DNA of 18,104 bases from Candidatus Woesearchaeota archaeon (GCA_964573185.1 CAZNIQ010000014.1:1-18104), one strand, 5' to 3'. Counted from the stretch's first letter, positions 8,209 to 15,175 are shown. Made by a program: numbers and translations. Notes: generated by a model not told the origin, from the letters alone.

Positions 8209-8258
8209 TCAGCGTTTTGGTCCTTCTTCATTTTTCCGCAGCGGCGCGACGTCATCAC
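8209..8258 (-). ncRNA. C/D box sRNA with degenerate internal boxes. Coordinates cover box C through box D.
   Basis: The minus strand reads GUGAUGA-CGUCGCGCCGCU-GCGG-AAAA-AUGAAGA-AGGACCAAAACG-CUGA, followed by UUUUUAUU. The C and D boxes are canonical. C' (AUGAAGA) and D' (GCGG, or CUGC with a 10-nt spacer) are degenerate. The spacers are 12 nt. Confidence 0.6.
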
Positions 8259-8264
8259 TATAAC

Positions 8265-8274
8265 ATTTATAAAT
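8265..8274 (+). promoter_or_regulatory. Palindromic TATA box candidate upstream of the S17-L14 genes.
   Basis: ATTTATAAAT is a perfect palindrome centred about 25 nt upstream of the ATG at 8295, with no SD-like sequence in between. This suggests a leaderless S17 mRNA. Confidence 0.4.
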
Positions 8275-8294
8275 TAACTGATTAAAAAGGTTAA

Positions 8295-8651
8295 ATGAAG
8301 AAACCTTATGTTAAGAACATAGGAATAGAAGGGGTACAGCCTCCTGAGAAAGTATGTAACGATCCGAAATGTCCTTGGCATGGAGAAATTAGGATACATG
8401 GATTTTTATTTAAGGGAGTTGTTGTGAAGGCAAGAGCTCAAAAAACAGTTGTAGTTCAATGGGAAAGATATCATTATTTACCTAAATATGATAGATATGA
8501 AGTAAGAAAAACAAGAGTACTAGCTCACAATCCACCATGTATAAATGCAAAGGAAGGAGATATTGTATTGATTGGAGAAACCAGGCCTTTATCAAAGGAG
8601 AAACATTTTGTCGTAATTCAAGTTTTAAAAAGAGCTGAAGAGAATAAATAA
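8295..8651 (+). CDS. rps17: 30S ribosomal protein S17 (uS17).
   Basis: [34 protein letters not shown]...[40 protein letters not shown] is the archaeal S17 pattern. Its position directly before L14 also fits. Confidence 0.9.
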   Translation: MKKPYVKNIGIEGVQPPEKVCNDPKCPWHGEIRIHGFLFKGVVVKARAQKTVVVQWERYHYLPKYDRYEVRKTRVLAHNPPCINAKEGDIVLIGETRPLSKEKHFVVIQVLKRAEENK

Positions 8652-8653
8652 CC

Positions 8654-9055
8654 ATGAAGGCTGTAAAAGCAAAGGTTACAAGGGCTTTACCTGTAGGGGC
8701 ATATTTAACGGTAGCTGACAACTCTGGTGCTAAAGAAGTACAAATTATTGGTGTGATAGGTTATAAAGGTGTTAGAAGAAGATTGCCAGCAGCTGGTGTA
8801 GGTGATATGGTAGTTGTTACTGTTAAAAAAGGAAAATTAGAGTTATTAGGACAAGTAATGAAAGCTGTTATAATAAGACAAAGAAAGGAATATAGAAGAG
8901 CTAATGGGATAAGAGTAAAATTTGAAGATAATGCATGTGTAATAGTAAAGGATGATTTAGGAACTCCAAAAGGAACTATGATAAAAGGTCCCGTTGCTAA
9001 AGAAGCAGCAGAAAGATGGCCTGAAATAGCAAAGATAGCTTCAATTATTGTTTAA
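8654..9055 (+). CDS. rpl14: 50S ribosomal protein L14 (uL14).
   Basis: [17 protein letters not shown]...[13 protein letters not shown]...[28 protein letters not shown] is the L14 signature. Confidence 0.9.
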   Translation: MKAVKAKVTRALPVGAYLTVADNSGAKEVQIIGVIGYKGVRRRLPAAGVGDMVVVTVKKGKLELLGQVMKAVIIRQRKEYRRANGIRVKFEDNACVIVKDDLGTPKGTMIKGPVAKEAAERWPEIAKIASIIV

Positions 9056-9065
9056 TTTTTTATGA

Positions 9066-10079
9066 ATGATTATTGCTAGAACAAGAAAAGGGAACGAGTT
9101 TATTGTTAAAAAAGAACTGGAAGAAAAAGGTATAAAATGTGAGGCAAGACCCTATGGCTATCTCGGTGTTGTTTTTGTTTATTCTGATGATCTAGAAACT
9201 GTTTTGAAAATTCCTGAAGTAGAATATGCATATAAAGTTGATATCGAAACGGAAGCAAAATTAGAAAAATTGGAAGAAGCTTGTAAAGAAATTGCAAAAA
9301 GAATAAATGAAAATGAAACCTTTGCTGTAAGAACAGAAAGAAGAGGAACTCATAATTTTACATCTATTGATGTTAATGTAAGATGCGGAAAGGTTATTCA
9401 AGAGATTTCAAAAGCTAAAGTTAATTTAACAAATCCAGATAAATTAGTTTTGATTGATATTTATAACGAAAAAGCATTTATCTCTTTATTACCAGGAGAT
9501 TACTTCAGAAAGAAAATGAAGCCTTATAAAAAATTAGCTTTAGAGTTGTTTAAAAAAATTGTCTTTGTTCAGTTAGCATATTGGGGTCCCGGATCTTATG
9601 AGATGGGAAGGAGAATTGGAAGAGCTGCTCAGGCTTTTGAAATTAAAAAATTAATAGTTGGGTTACATGATGAAATAAAAGCAGAAGATTTATTTAATTT
9701 TTTAAGAGGTCTATTTGAGGGTTTAGAAGCTAGAAAAGAGGTTCAAGACAAAACATATGCGAGAAAAGTAAAAAGGGTTGAAATAACTGTTGAAAATATC
9801 TATCAATTAATTAGAAAGTTAAATCCGAAAAAACAGTTAATAATTATAACTGATCCTACTGGTGAACCCATTAGTAAAATAAGAGAAAAATTGAAAAAAG
9901 ATTTGGAATGGTATGAAGAAATTTATGTCTTTGCAGGATCTAGAGAAGGAATTCCTAAAGGATTATTTAGATTCGCACACTACGTTATTGATCTTTGTCC
10001 GGGAATAACATTTGCAACGGAGCATACTATTCCTACGAGTTTAATCGCTTTATATACTATTTATTCAGAAGAAAAATAA
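9066..10079 (+). CDS. THUMP-domain protein fused to a putative SPOUT-like (trefoil-knot) RNA methyltransferase domain.
   Basis: The N-terminal approximately 140 aa look like ferredoxin-like plus THUMP (FAVRTERRGTHNFTSIDVNVRCGKVI...VNLTNPDKLVLIDIYNEKAFISL). The C-terminal VFAGSREGIPKGLFRFAHYVIDLCPGITFATEHTIPTSLIALYTIY resembles the SPOUT cofactor-binding knot. The exact family is not resolved. Confidence 0.55.
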   Translation: MIIARTRKGNEFIVKKELEEKGIKCEARPYGYLGVVFVYSDDLETVLKIPEVEYAYKVDIETEAKLEKLEEACKEIAKRINENETFAVRTERRGTHNFTSIDVNVRCGKVIQEISKAKVNLTNPDKLVLIDIYNEKAFISLLPGDYFRKKMKPYKKLALELFKKIVFVQLAYWGPGSYEMGRRIGRAAQAFEIKKLIVGLHDEIKAEDLFNFLRGLFEGLEARKEVQDKTYARKVKRVEITVENIYQLIRKLNPKKQLIIITDPTGEPISKIREKLKKDLEWYEEIYVFAGSREGIPKGLFRFAHYVIDLCPGITFATEHTIPTSLIALYTIYSEEK

Positions 10080-10082
10080 AAA

Positions 10083-10700
10083 TTATTCGATATATTTGAA
10101 TATTGCGGCTACATACATTACTGGAGCCATAAATATGAAGAACAAAGTTGCTAATACAGTTCCTACTGTTGGTATTAATGATAGTCCGAAGGTGATTAAT
10201 CCGATTATAGCACCCATTATATAGGATATTAAAATTATTTTTGCACCGTTGTAAATATCTATTGTTAATTTATCTACCTTCTTAATTATACTTCCGTAAG
10301 CAGAATATCCGAACAGTAACTTTAAGAAAAACTCTACAGCAGCAACAATTAATGCAAGAGTAGAAATCTTATATGCTATTGAAAAAAGATTTTTTGCAAT
10401 TAAAAATGGATTCTGTAATGCTGTAATTGTTAATAACAAATAAAGTAAAAATCCTGGAACTCCTTTTATTAATATAAATGCTATAATTGATGTATTTAGC
10501 CTATCTGTTGTTTCAAATCCAAGCTTTTTTGCAATATATCTTAATACAAATGGTAAAGCTATTGCAGTAATAAAAGGTCCTATGAAAGGAATTATTGATG
10601 GAATTCCTATTAAAACCAATAGCAAACTTCCAATAATATATGTTAATGGCTTTTCTTTTATCTCTTTGAAGGAAAATTCTATTGCCTCTAGTAGACCCAT
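10083..10700 (-). CDS. Integral membrane protein of unknown function (about 5-6 predicted TM helices).
   Basis: 205 aa, dominated by long hydrophobic stretches (LLLVLIGIPSIIPFIGPFITAIALPFVL, GFLLYLLLTITAL, IGLITFGLSLIPTVGTVLATLFFIFMAPVMYVAAI). Its start overlaps the stop of the upstream methyltransferase gene by 1 nt. Confidence 0.6.
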   Translation of the reverse strand: MGLLEAIEFSFKEIKEKPLTYIIGSLLLVLIGIPSIIPFIGPFITAIALPFVLRYIAKKLGFETTDRLNTSIIAFILIKGVPGFLLYLLLTITALQNPFLIAKNLFSIAYKISTLALIVAAVEFFLKLLFGYSAYGSIIKKVDKLTIDIYNGAKIILISYIMGAIIGLITFGLSLIPTVGTVLATLFFIFMAPVMYVAAIFKYIE

Positions 10701-11854
10701 TAATTTATATAGATGTACAGTGTTTTTAAATATTCCAGTTCTTTATGAAATGATACTACTGGATGATCAAAAGCTTGTCTTCCAATATGGAATAATTTTC
10801 CTTCTTTTTTATTATATCTAATAGCTTTAAAAATGAGTTCTTTAAATTCTTCCAAATGTATGTAATAAGAACAATCTGATGTAACAAGATAACCTTCTTT
10901 AATTAATTTTATTGCAAAAGAATTTATTATATACAAAGATTTCATTGCTTTTGCTTTCGGAACTCCGGATACAGCTAAACCTGCAGGGTCTAAGTTCACT
11001 ACATCAAATTTCTCTCCTTTATCAACTAATTTAGGCAATATTTTAAACGCATCTCCTTCGATTATTTCAATTTTATCTTTTACATCATTTAACTCAGCAT
11101 TCTTTTTGATATAATATGTCGCTTTCTCATCCTTTTCTATAAATACTACTTTTTCTACATTTGGATTTAAAGCTGCATGAATACCAAAACCACCAGTATA
11201 TGCAAAAACATCCAATACTTTTCCTTCAGCTATTCTTTCAAAAAATATTCTGTTTTCTCTTTGATCTAAGAAGAAGCCAGTTTTCTGACCTAAAACCACA
11301 TTAACATAAAATCTGGCTTTCCCTTCTTCAATTATCGTTTCCTCCTTATTCCCATACCAAAACTTTTCTACTTCTTTTAACCCTTCTAGAACCCTACTTC
11401 TATATTTATCTTTTTCATATATTGCTTCTATATCTTCTATTTCTAAAATAGCTTCTACTAATTCTCTTTTATATTTTTCGAAAAAAGGATTTGAATTTTG
11501 GAATACAACAATATCATTATATTTATCAACTATTAAACCTGATAGAAAATCTGCTTCAGAGTAAACCCATCTATAAGTACCTTTATAAAACCTCTCTCTA
11601 AATTTCTTAGCTTTTTTTAATCTTTCCAAAAACAACTCCTTTATATCAAAATCTTTTTCAAAAGAAATAACTCTTAATACTATGTTTGAATACGGATTTG
11701 CTGAAGCTTTACAAATAAAATTTCCCTTTTCATCATAAATATCAACAAGCGTCCCAGGTTTAATATTTTCTGGCAATCTAAATTCTTTCTTAACTATAAC
11801 CCTTTTCCCTTGAAGTATTTCTTCCGCAAGTTTTTCTGGGATTATTATTCTCAT
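10700..11854 (-). CDS. PUA-domain class I SAM-dependent RNA m5C methyltransferase (RlmI/YccW-like).
   Basis: There is an N-terminal PUA-like region. The SAM-binding motif is VLDVFAYTGGFGIHAA. The acidic-loop blocks are FIEKDE and DVVNLDPAG. The catalytic-Cys region is LVTSDCSYYI. Confidence 0.75.
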   Translation of the reverse strand: MRIIIPEKLAEEILQGKRVIVKKEFRLPENIKPGTLVDIYDEKGNFICKASANPYSNIVLRVISFEKDFDIKELFLERLKKAKKFRERFYKGTYRWVYSEADFLSGLIVDKYNDIVVFQNSNPFFEKYKRELVEAILEIEDIEAIYEKDKYRSRVLEGLKEVEKFWYGNKEETIIEEGKARFYVNVVLGQKTGFFLDQRENRIFFERIAEGKVLDVFAYTGGFGIHAALNPNVEKVVFIEKDEKATYYIKKNAELNDVKDKIEIIEGDAFKILPKLVDKGEKFDVVNLDPAGLAVSGVPKAKAMKSLYIINSFAIKLIKEGYLVTSDCSYYIHLEEFKELIFKAIRYNKKEGKLFHIGRQAFDHPVVSFHKELEYLKTLYIYIN

Positions 11855-11882
11855 TCAAATTTTTGATTTGAAAAGCTTAAAT

Positions 11883-11930
11883 TCAGTTCGCGTAACGCTC
11901 ATCATGATCAGAAGCGTAATGCATCATCAC
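11883..11930 (-). ncRNA. C/D box sRNA. Coordinates cover box C through box D.
   Basis: The minus strand reads GUGAUGA-UGCAUUACGCUU-CUGA-UC-AUGAUGA-GCGUUACGCGAA-CUGA. All four boxes are canonical, both spacers are 12 nt, and the 48-nt architecture is identical to the sRNA at 8126-8173. The flanks UUAAA/UUUAA can form a 5-bp terminal stem. A TATA-like run lies about 25 nt upstream on the minus strand. Confidence 0.8.
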
Positions 11931-11960
11931 CTTTAAAAACTAATTCTTTTAATCTTAAAA

Positions 11961-12098
11961 ATGTTTGAGAAAATACTTATGTTAATCCTAGCAATCTTCT
12001 TACTTTTCCTCTTCTTCAAAATGCTTTCTTGGATAATCAGAGTAGTTATCTTTCTTTTCATAGTTTTCCTAATCCTAAAATTTTTAGGGATTGTGTAG
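11961..12098 (+). CDS. Small hydrophobic protein (45 aa, two predicted TM helices). Hypothetical.
   Basis: My own translation is MFEKILMLILAIFLLFLFFKMLSWIIRVVIFLFIVFLILKFLGIV*. It fills an otherwise unexplained gap in a very compact region. It is below the ORF-track cut-off. In T-rich DNA such a frame could be open by chance. Confidence 0.3.
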   Translation: MFEKILMLILAIFLLFLFFKMLSWIIRVVIFLFIVFLILKFLGIV

Positions 12099-12110
12099 AA
12101 CCATATATAA

Positions 12111-12159
12111 ATGTTGAGGTCGTAGTGCGCTGAAATATGATGACGGAGGTTTCGTCTGA
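12111..12159 (+). ncRNA. C/D box sRNA candidate with a variant C box. It overlaps the start of ORF 12137.
   Basis: The plus strand reads AUGUUGA-GGUCGUAGUGCG-CUGA-AAU-AUGAUGA-CGGAGGUUUCGU-CUGA. D', C' and D are canonical and both spacers are 12 nt. The C box has U in place of the A of the first GA. The flanks CAUAU (12102-12106) and AUAUG (12163-12167) can pair as a terminal stem. Confidence 0.5.
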
Positions 12160-12439
12160 AAAATATGAAACATATAAAAGGACTTTACAATTGATACGTA
12201 CCTATTTTAGAAAAAGAAGCTACGGTTATTATTTTATCAACGACTATGTACTAAAAGTACTGCCTCATGAAGCGGTTTTTTATTATAAAAAGGAACCTTA
12301 TGTTGTAGTACAGGTATCAAAAATAGAAGAAATACTTGAAACAGATCCTATAATTATTAGAGCTCATAGTGTAGAAAAAGGTTTGCTTTTCTTAGCAAAA
12401 GTTTTAAGATTATATATGAATTCTTTAAGAGAAGAATAA
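12137..12439 (+). CDS. Hypothetical protein (100 aa). No family recognised.
   Basis: This is an open frame from the ORF track. The start ATGATG coincides with the C' box of the sRNA candidate. The 3' end overlaps the convergent PP-loop gene by 76 nt. I recognise no motif in it. Confidence 0.35.
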   Translation: MMTEVSSEKYETYKRTLQLIRTYFRKRSYGYYFINDYVLKVLPHEAVFYYKKEPYVVVQVSKIEEILETDPIIIRAHSVEKGLLFLAKVLRLYMNSLREE

Positions 12440-13407
12440 ATTTCTTTCTTTTTAACTTCTTTAGCATATTCCATTAGATTTTCTATTCTTTCTATCTCTT
12501 TTTTGATCTCTATAGGTCTTATTCTATGTAATCCCAACCATTTAAATTGTTCTTTTGATACATCTTCAAGATACTTCTCTTTCTTATGATAATCTTTCTC
12601 TAAGGCTTTATCTAACAATTCAAATCCTTCCGGTTCGAATAACATTAAATTTTCGTATCCTAAAGCCCATAATACTGTTGAAGCTCTTGGACAAGGAATA
12701 CAAGAAGCCCTAGTATTTATATAATAGATTTTGGACAAAGCATCATTTTGTAAAGCAAATAAAAATACTTCTGGATCTGTTAAAAATTGTATAGGATTAT
12801 GTTCTGTATCCTTTAATTTTTCATACCTTTGTGGGCTTTCATAAATCCTTTCTCCAGTAACTAAATTCTTTCTAGGTATTCTGTTTTCTTTCATAAACTT
12901 TCTAATAGCCTTCATTTTCAAAGATCTCAGAGGACACTTTACATAAGGAGGTCCTTTTTGCAAAACATCTTTTACAGTTTCTTTTGGAACTTCTATTATT
13001 TTTGCATCAAATTTTTCATAAATATCCCTTGTAAAGAAATATAATAATTCTGCTAAATATGGAATATGGGAATAAACCGGAATGTATTTTAATCCTAATT
13101 TTTCCAATGTTAAAGCTAGAACTACAGAATCTTTTCCTCCTGTAAATCCTAAAACTAATAACTTTCTTTTCCATTTTTCTCTAAATTTATTTACAAAATC
13201 TTTGTTTTTCTCTAAATATTCATCCAAGTCTTTATATCTTATCCTAAAGGTTTCTAGAGCAAAATCCCAATTAACTTTATATCCAACTTTTTCCATATGT
13301 TTATAATCAACTTTATAGAACCTTAAGTCAGTTCCGATAAAATAAGCATATTTTTTGCCATTTTTATAAATAATAAGAAAATGCTGTTTGGTAAAGTAAA
13401 AAATCAT
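12364..13407 (-). CDS. PP-loop ATP pyrophosphatase superfamily protein (PAPS reductase-like domain). Specific function unknown.
   Basis: LVLGFTGGKDSVVLALTLEKLG is an SGGxDS-type PP-loop. Downstream Cys residues occur at VKCPLRS and ASCIPCPRAS. The N-terminal approximately 80 aa and the C-terminal approximately 90 aa are unassigned. The start overlaps the dcd stop by 4 nt. Confidence 0.6.
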   Translation of the reverse strand: MIFYFTKQHFLIIYKNGKKYAYFIGTDLRFYKVDYKHMEKVGYKVNWDFALETFRIRYKDLDEYLEKNKDFVNKFREKWKRKLLVLGFTGGKDSVVLALTLEKLGLKYIPVYSHIPYLAELLYFFTRDIYEKFDAKIIEVPKETVKDVLQKGPPYVKCPLRSLKMKAIRKFMKENRIPRKNLVTGERIYESPQRYEKLKDTEHNPIQFLTDPEVFLFALQNDALSKIYYINTRASCIPCPRASTVLWALGYENLMLFEPEGFELLDKALEKDYHKKEKYLEDVSKEQFKWLGLHRIRPIEIKKEIERIENLMEYAKEVKKKEIYSSLKEFIYNLKTFAKKSKPFSTL

Positions 13408-14018
13408 TCGTATTCTTTTGATATTCTTGATTCCGTAGCACCTAACTCTCCAATATACTTTCCTCCTTTTCTTTTATAATCTAATTCACACGGTTCTTCT
13501 AATTCAAAAAATTGTAATTGCGCAATTCTCATTTCAGGATATAACTTGATGGGAACTTTATTTACATTTACTATTTCTAAAGTAAGATGTCCTTCATATC
13601 CAGGATCTATCCAGCCAGCGGAAGTATGAATTATCAAACCCAATCTTGCAAAAGAAGATCTTCCTTGAATTTGGGCAGCTATAAAATTAGGGAGCTTTAT
13701 ATATTCATATACAGATGCTAAAACAAATTCTCCAGGATGTATTATAAAAGGTTTGTTCTTATCTTTTAATATAACTACAGTTGAATAAGTATATTCCTCT
13801 ATTATTTCATCTTCTTTTTCAATAACATGTATTAAATTTTCTTTATACTCTTTTGGATCTAGAGCCTCCACATTTCTATTTTTAAAAATTCTAAATCTAT
13901 ATCCTAATCTTACATCCAATGAAGCAGGACCAACCAATTTTTCATCAAAAGGCTCAACAACTATTATTTTCTTTTTTACATATTCCTTTATTTTCTTATC
14001 ATTCAACAACCCGACCAT
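13404..14018 (-). CDS. dcd: dCTP deaminase, possibly a bifunctional dCTP deaminase/dUTPase type.
   Basis: LGPASLDVRLG...GRSSFARLGLIIHTSAGWIDPGYEGHLTLEIVNVNKVPIKLYPEMRIAQLQF is the Dcd/Dut trimeric-fold signature. At 204 aa it is similar in size to the bifunctional archaeal enzymes. Confidence 0.85.
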   Translation of the reverse strand: MVGLLNDKKIKEYVKKKIIVVEPFDEKLVGPASLDVRLGYRFRIFKNRNVEALDPKEYKENLIHVIEKEDEIIEEYTYSTVVILKDKNKPFIIHPGEFVLASVYEYIKLPNFIAAQIQGRSSFARLGLIIHTSAGWIDPGYEGHLTLEIVNVNKVPIKLYPEMRIAQLQFFELEEPCELDYKRKGGKYIGELGATESRISKEYE

Positions 14019-14053
14019 GTTAAATTCAAAAGCTTTAAATTTTAAAATATAAA

Positions 14054-15121
14054 ATGCGAGTTACTCTTATTAATTATTTTAAAGATGCGGAAAGATTAAC
14101 AGCAATAACGGCGAAATCTACGCAAAGCTTATATACACCTACAGATCTTTTTGATATCCTTTCTGAGGAAGAGGTAAAAGAATTAGAAGAAGAAATGTTA
14201 AAATATGCAGTAGAGCATAAGCTCTCTTCAGTTTTAGATTTTCCTTATTATATTGTTGAAATTAAAGACGTTTCTAGAAGTTTTACGCATCAATGGGTTA
14301 GACATAGGTTAGCAGCTCATATGCAGCAGAGCTTAAGATACGTTAAAGTATTAGACGATAAAGCAATTGAAATTGAGAAATATGGTAAAGATATCTTAGT
14401 TAGTTTCCCTCCTTGGTTTGTAATTCCTCCAAGCGTTTTAATGTCAAAACCAGAAGCTATTGTTAAATTCGTTAAATCAATGTATATTTCAGGTAAAACA
14501 TACGTAGAACTCTTAAAAGAAGAAATAAAAGAAGAGAGATTTAAGAAGTGGTTTTTGGTAAGGAATAAAGATTATATCCCAAAAGAAGATGCAAGATTTG
14601 TTTTACCAATAGGTACAAAAACATTTATTTCATCTGCAATGGATGCTGAAGAATTATTACACATTATAAAGGTTAGAACATGCATGGATGCTCAATGGGA
14701 AATCAGAACAGCAGCTTGGACATTAGCTTTATTAGCTTACATTATTCATCCAAGGATTTTCTATAGATTTGGCCCATGGTGTATTCAAGAAAGATGTAGG
14801 GGTTTCTTTATTTATAGAGATAAAAACTGTGCCAAAAACATATATAACTTGAAAGAAGAGTTAAAGGAAGCTGGTGATTTATTGAGAAAAGAATTTGAAA
14901 ATGAAAGAGAAGGAGAAATAAATACTAAATATGGAAAAATAAAATACTATGTTGAAAAATTTAAAGAAAAATATTTCGTCATAGATTTAACCGAAATATT
15001 TGGCTATATACCTCCTGAAGAAAAGAGAATAAAGGTAATAGAACTATTAGAAAAAGAAGGATTGAAACTTGATGAAAGGTTATTAGAGTTTAAGGTTATT
15101 GGAAGAATAAGATATATATAA
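14054..15121 (+). CDS. thyX: Flavin-dependent thymidylate synthase ThyX, an atypical long form.
   Basis: DVSRSFTHQWVRHRLAAHMQQSLRYV matches the ThyX motif region. Further blocks are ARFVLPIGTKT and DAQWEIRTAAW. At 355 aa it has an internal insertion and an extra C-terminal region of about 100 aa. Confidence 0.8.
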   Translation: MRVTLINYFKDAERLTAITAKSTQSLYTPTDLFDILSEEEVKELEEEMLKYAVEHKLSSVLDFPYYIVEIKDVSRSFTHQWVRHRLAAHMQQSLRYVKVLDDKAIEIEKYGKDILVSFPPWFVIPPSVLMSKPEAIVKFVKSMYISGKTYVELLKEEIKEERFKKWFLVRNKDYIPKEDARFVLPIGTKTFISSAMDAEELLHIIKVRTCMDAQWEIRTAAWTLALLAYIIHPRIFYRFGPWCIQERCRGFFIYRDKNCAKNIYNLKEELKEAGDLLRKEFENEREGEINTKYGKIKYYVEKFKEKYFVIDLTEIFGYIPPEEKRIKVIELLEKEGLKLDERLLEFKVIGRIRYI

Positions 15122-15142
15122 TTTTTCTTATTAACCCTTTGA

Positions 15143-15175
15143 GCCCGCTGGACTCCCCGTTAAGGGGAGGAGGGC
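15143..15175 (+). promoter_or_regulatory. GC-rich structured 5' leader of the L1-P0-P1 operon. It sequesters the Shine-Dalgarno sequence and is a candidate L1 autoregulatory site.
   Basis: The sequence is GCCC-GCUGGA-CUCCCC-GUUAA-GGGGAG-GA-GGGC. The inner stem is 6 bp (15153-15158 with 15164-15169) and the outer stem is 4 bp (15143-15146 with 15172-15175), separated by an asymmetric internal loop. A perfect AGGAGG (15168-15173) lies inside the 3' arms, 5 nt before the ATG at 15179. Confidence 0.45.

Noticed and set aside
11855-11871. The hairpin TCAAAT-TTTTG-ATTTGA as a transcription terminator or regulatory element.
   Set aside because: The stem is A/T-only, 6 bp and of marginal stability, which matters especially for a thermophile. 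Archaeal termination mainly needs T-runs. It is recorded only as context in the sRNA/methyltransferase finding.
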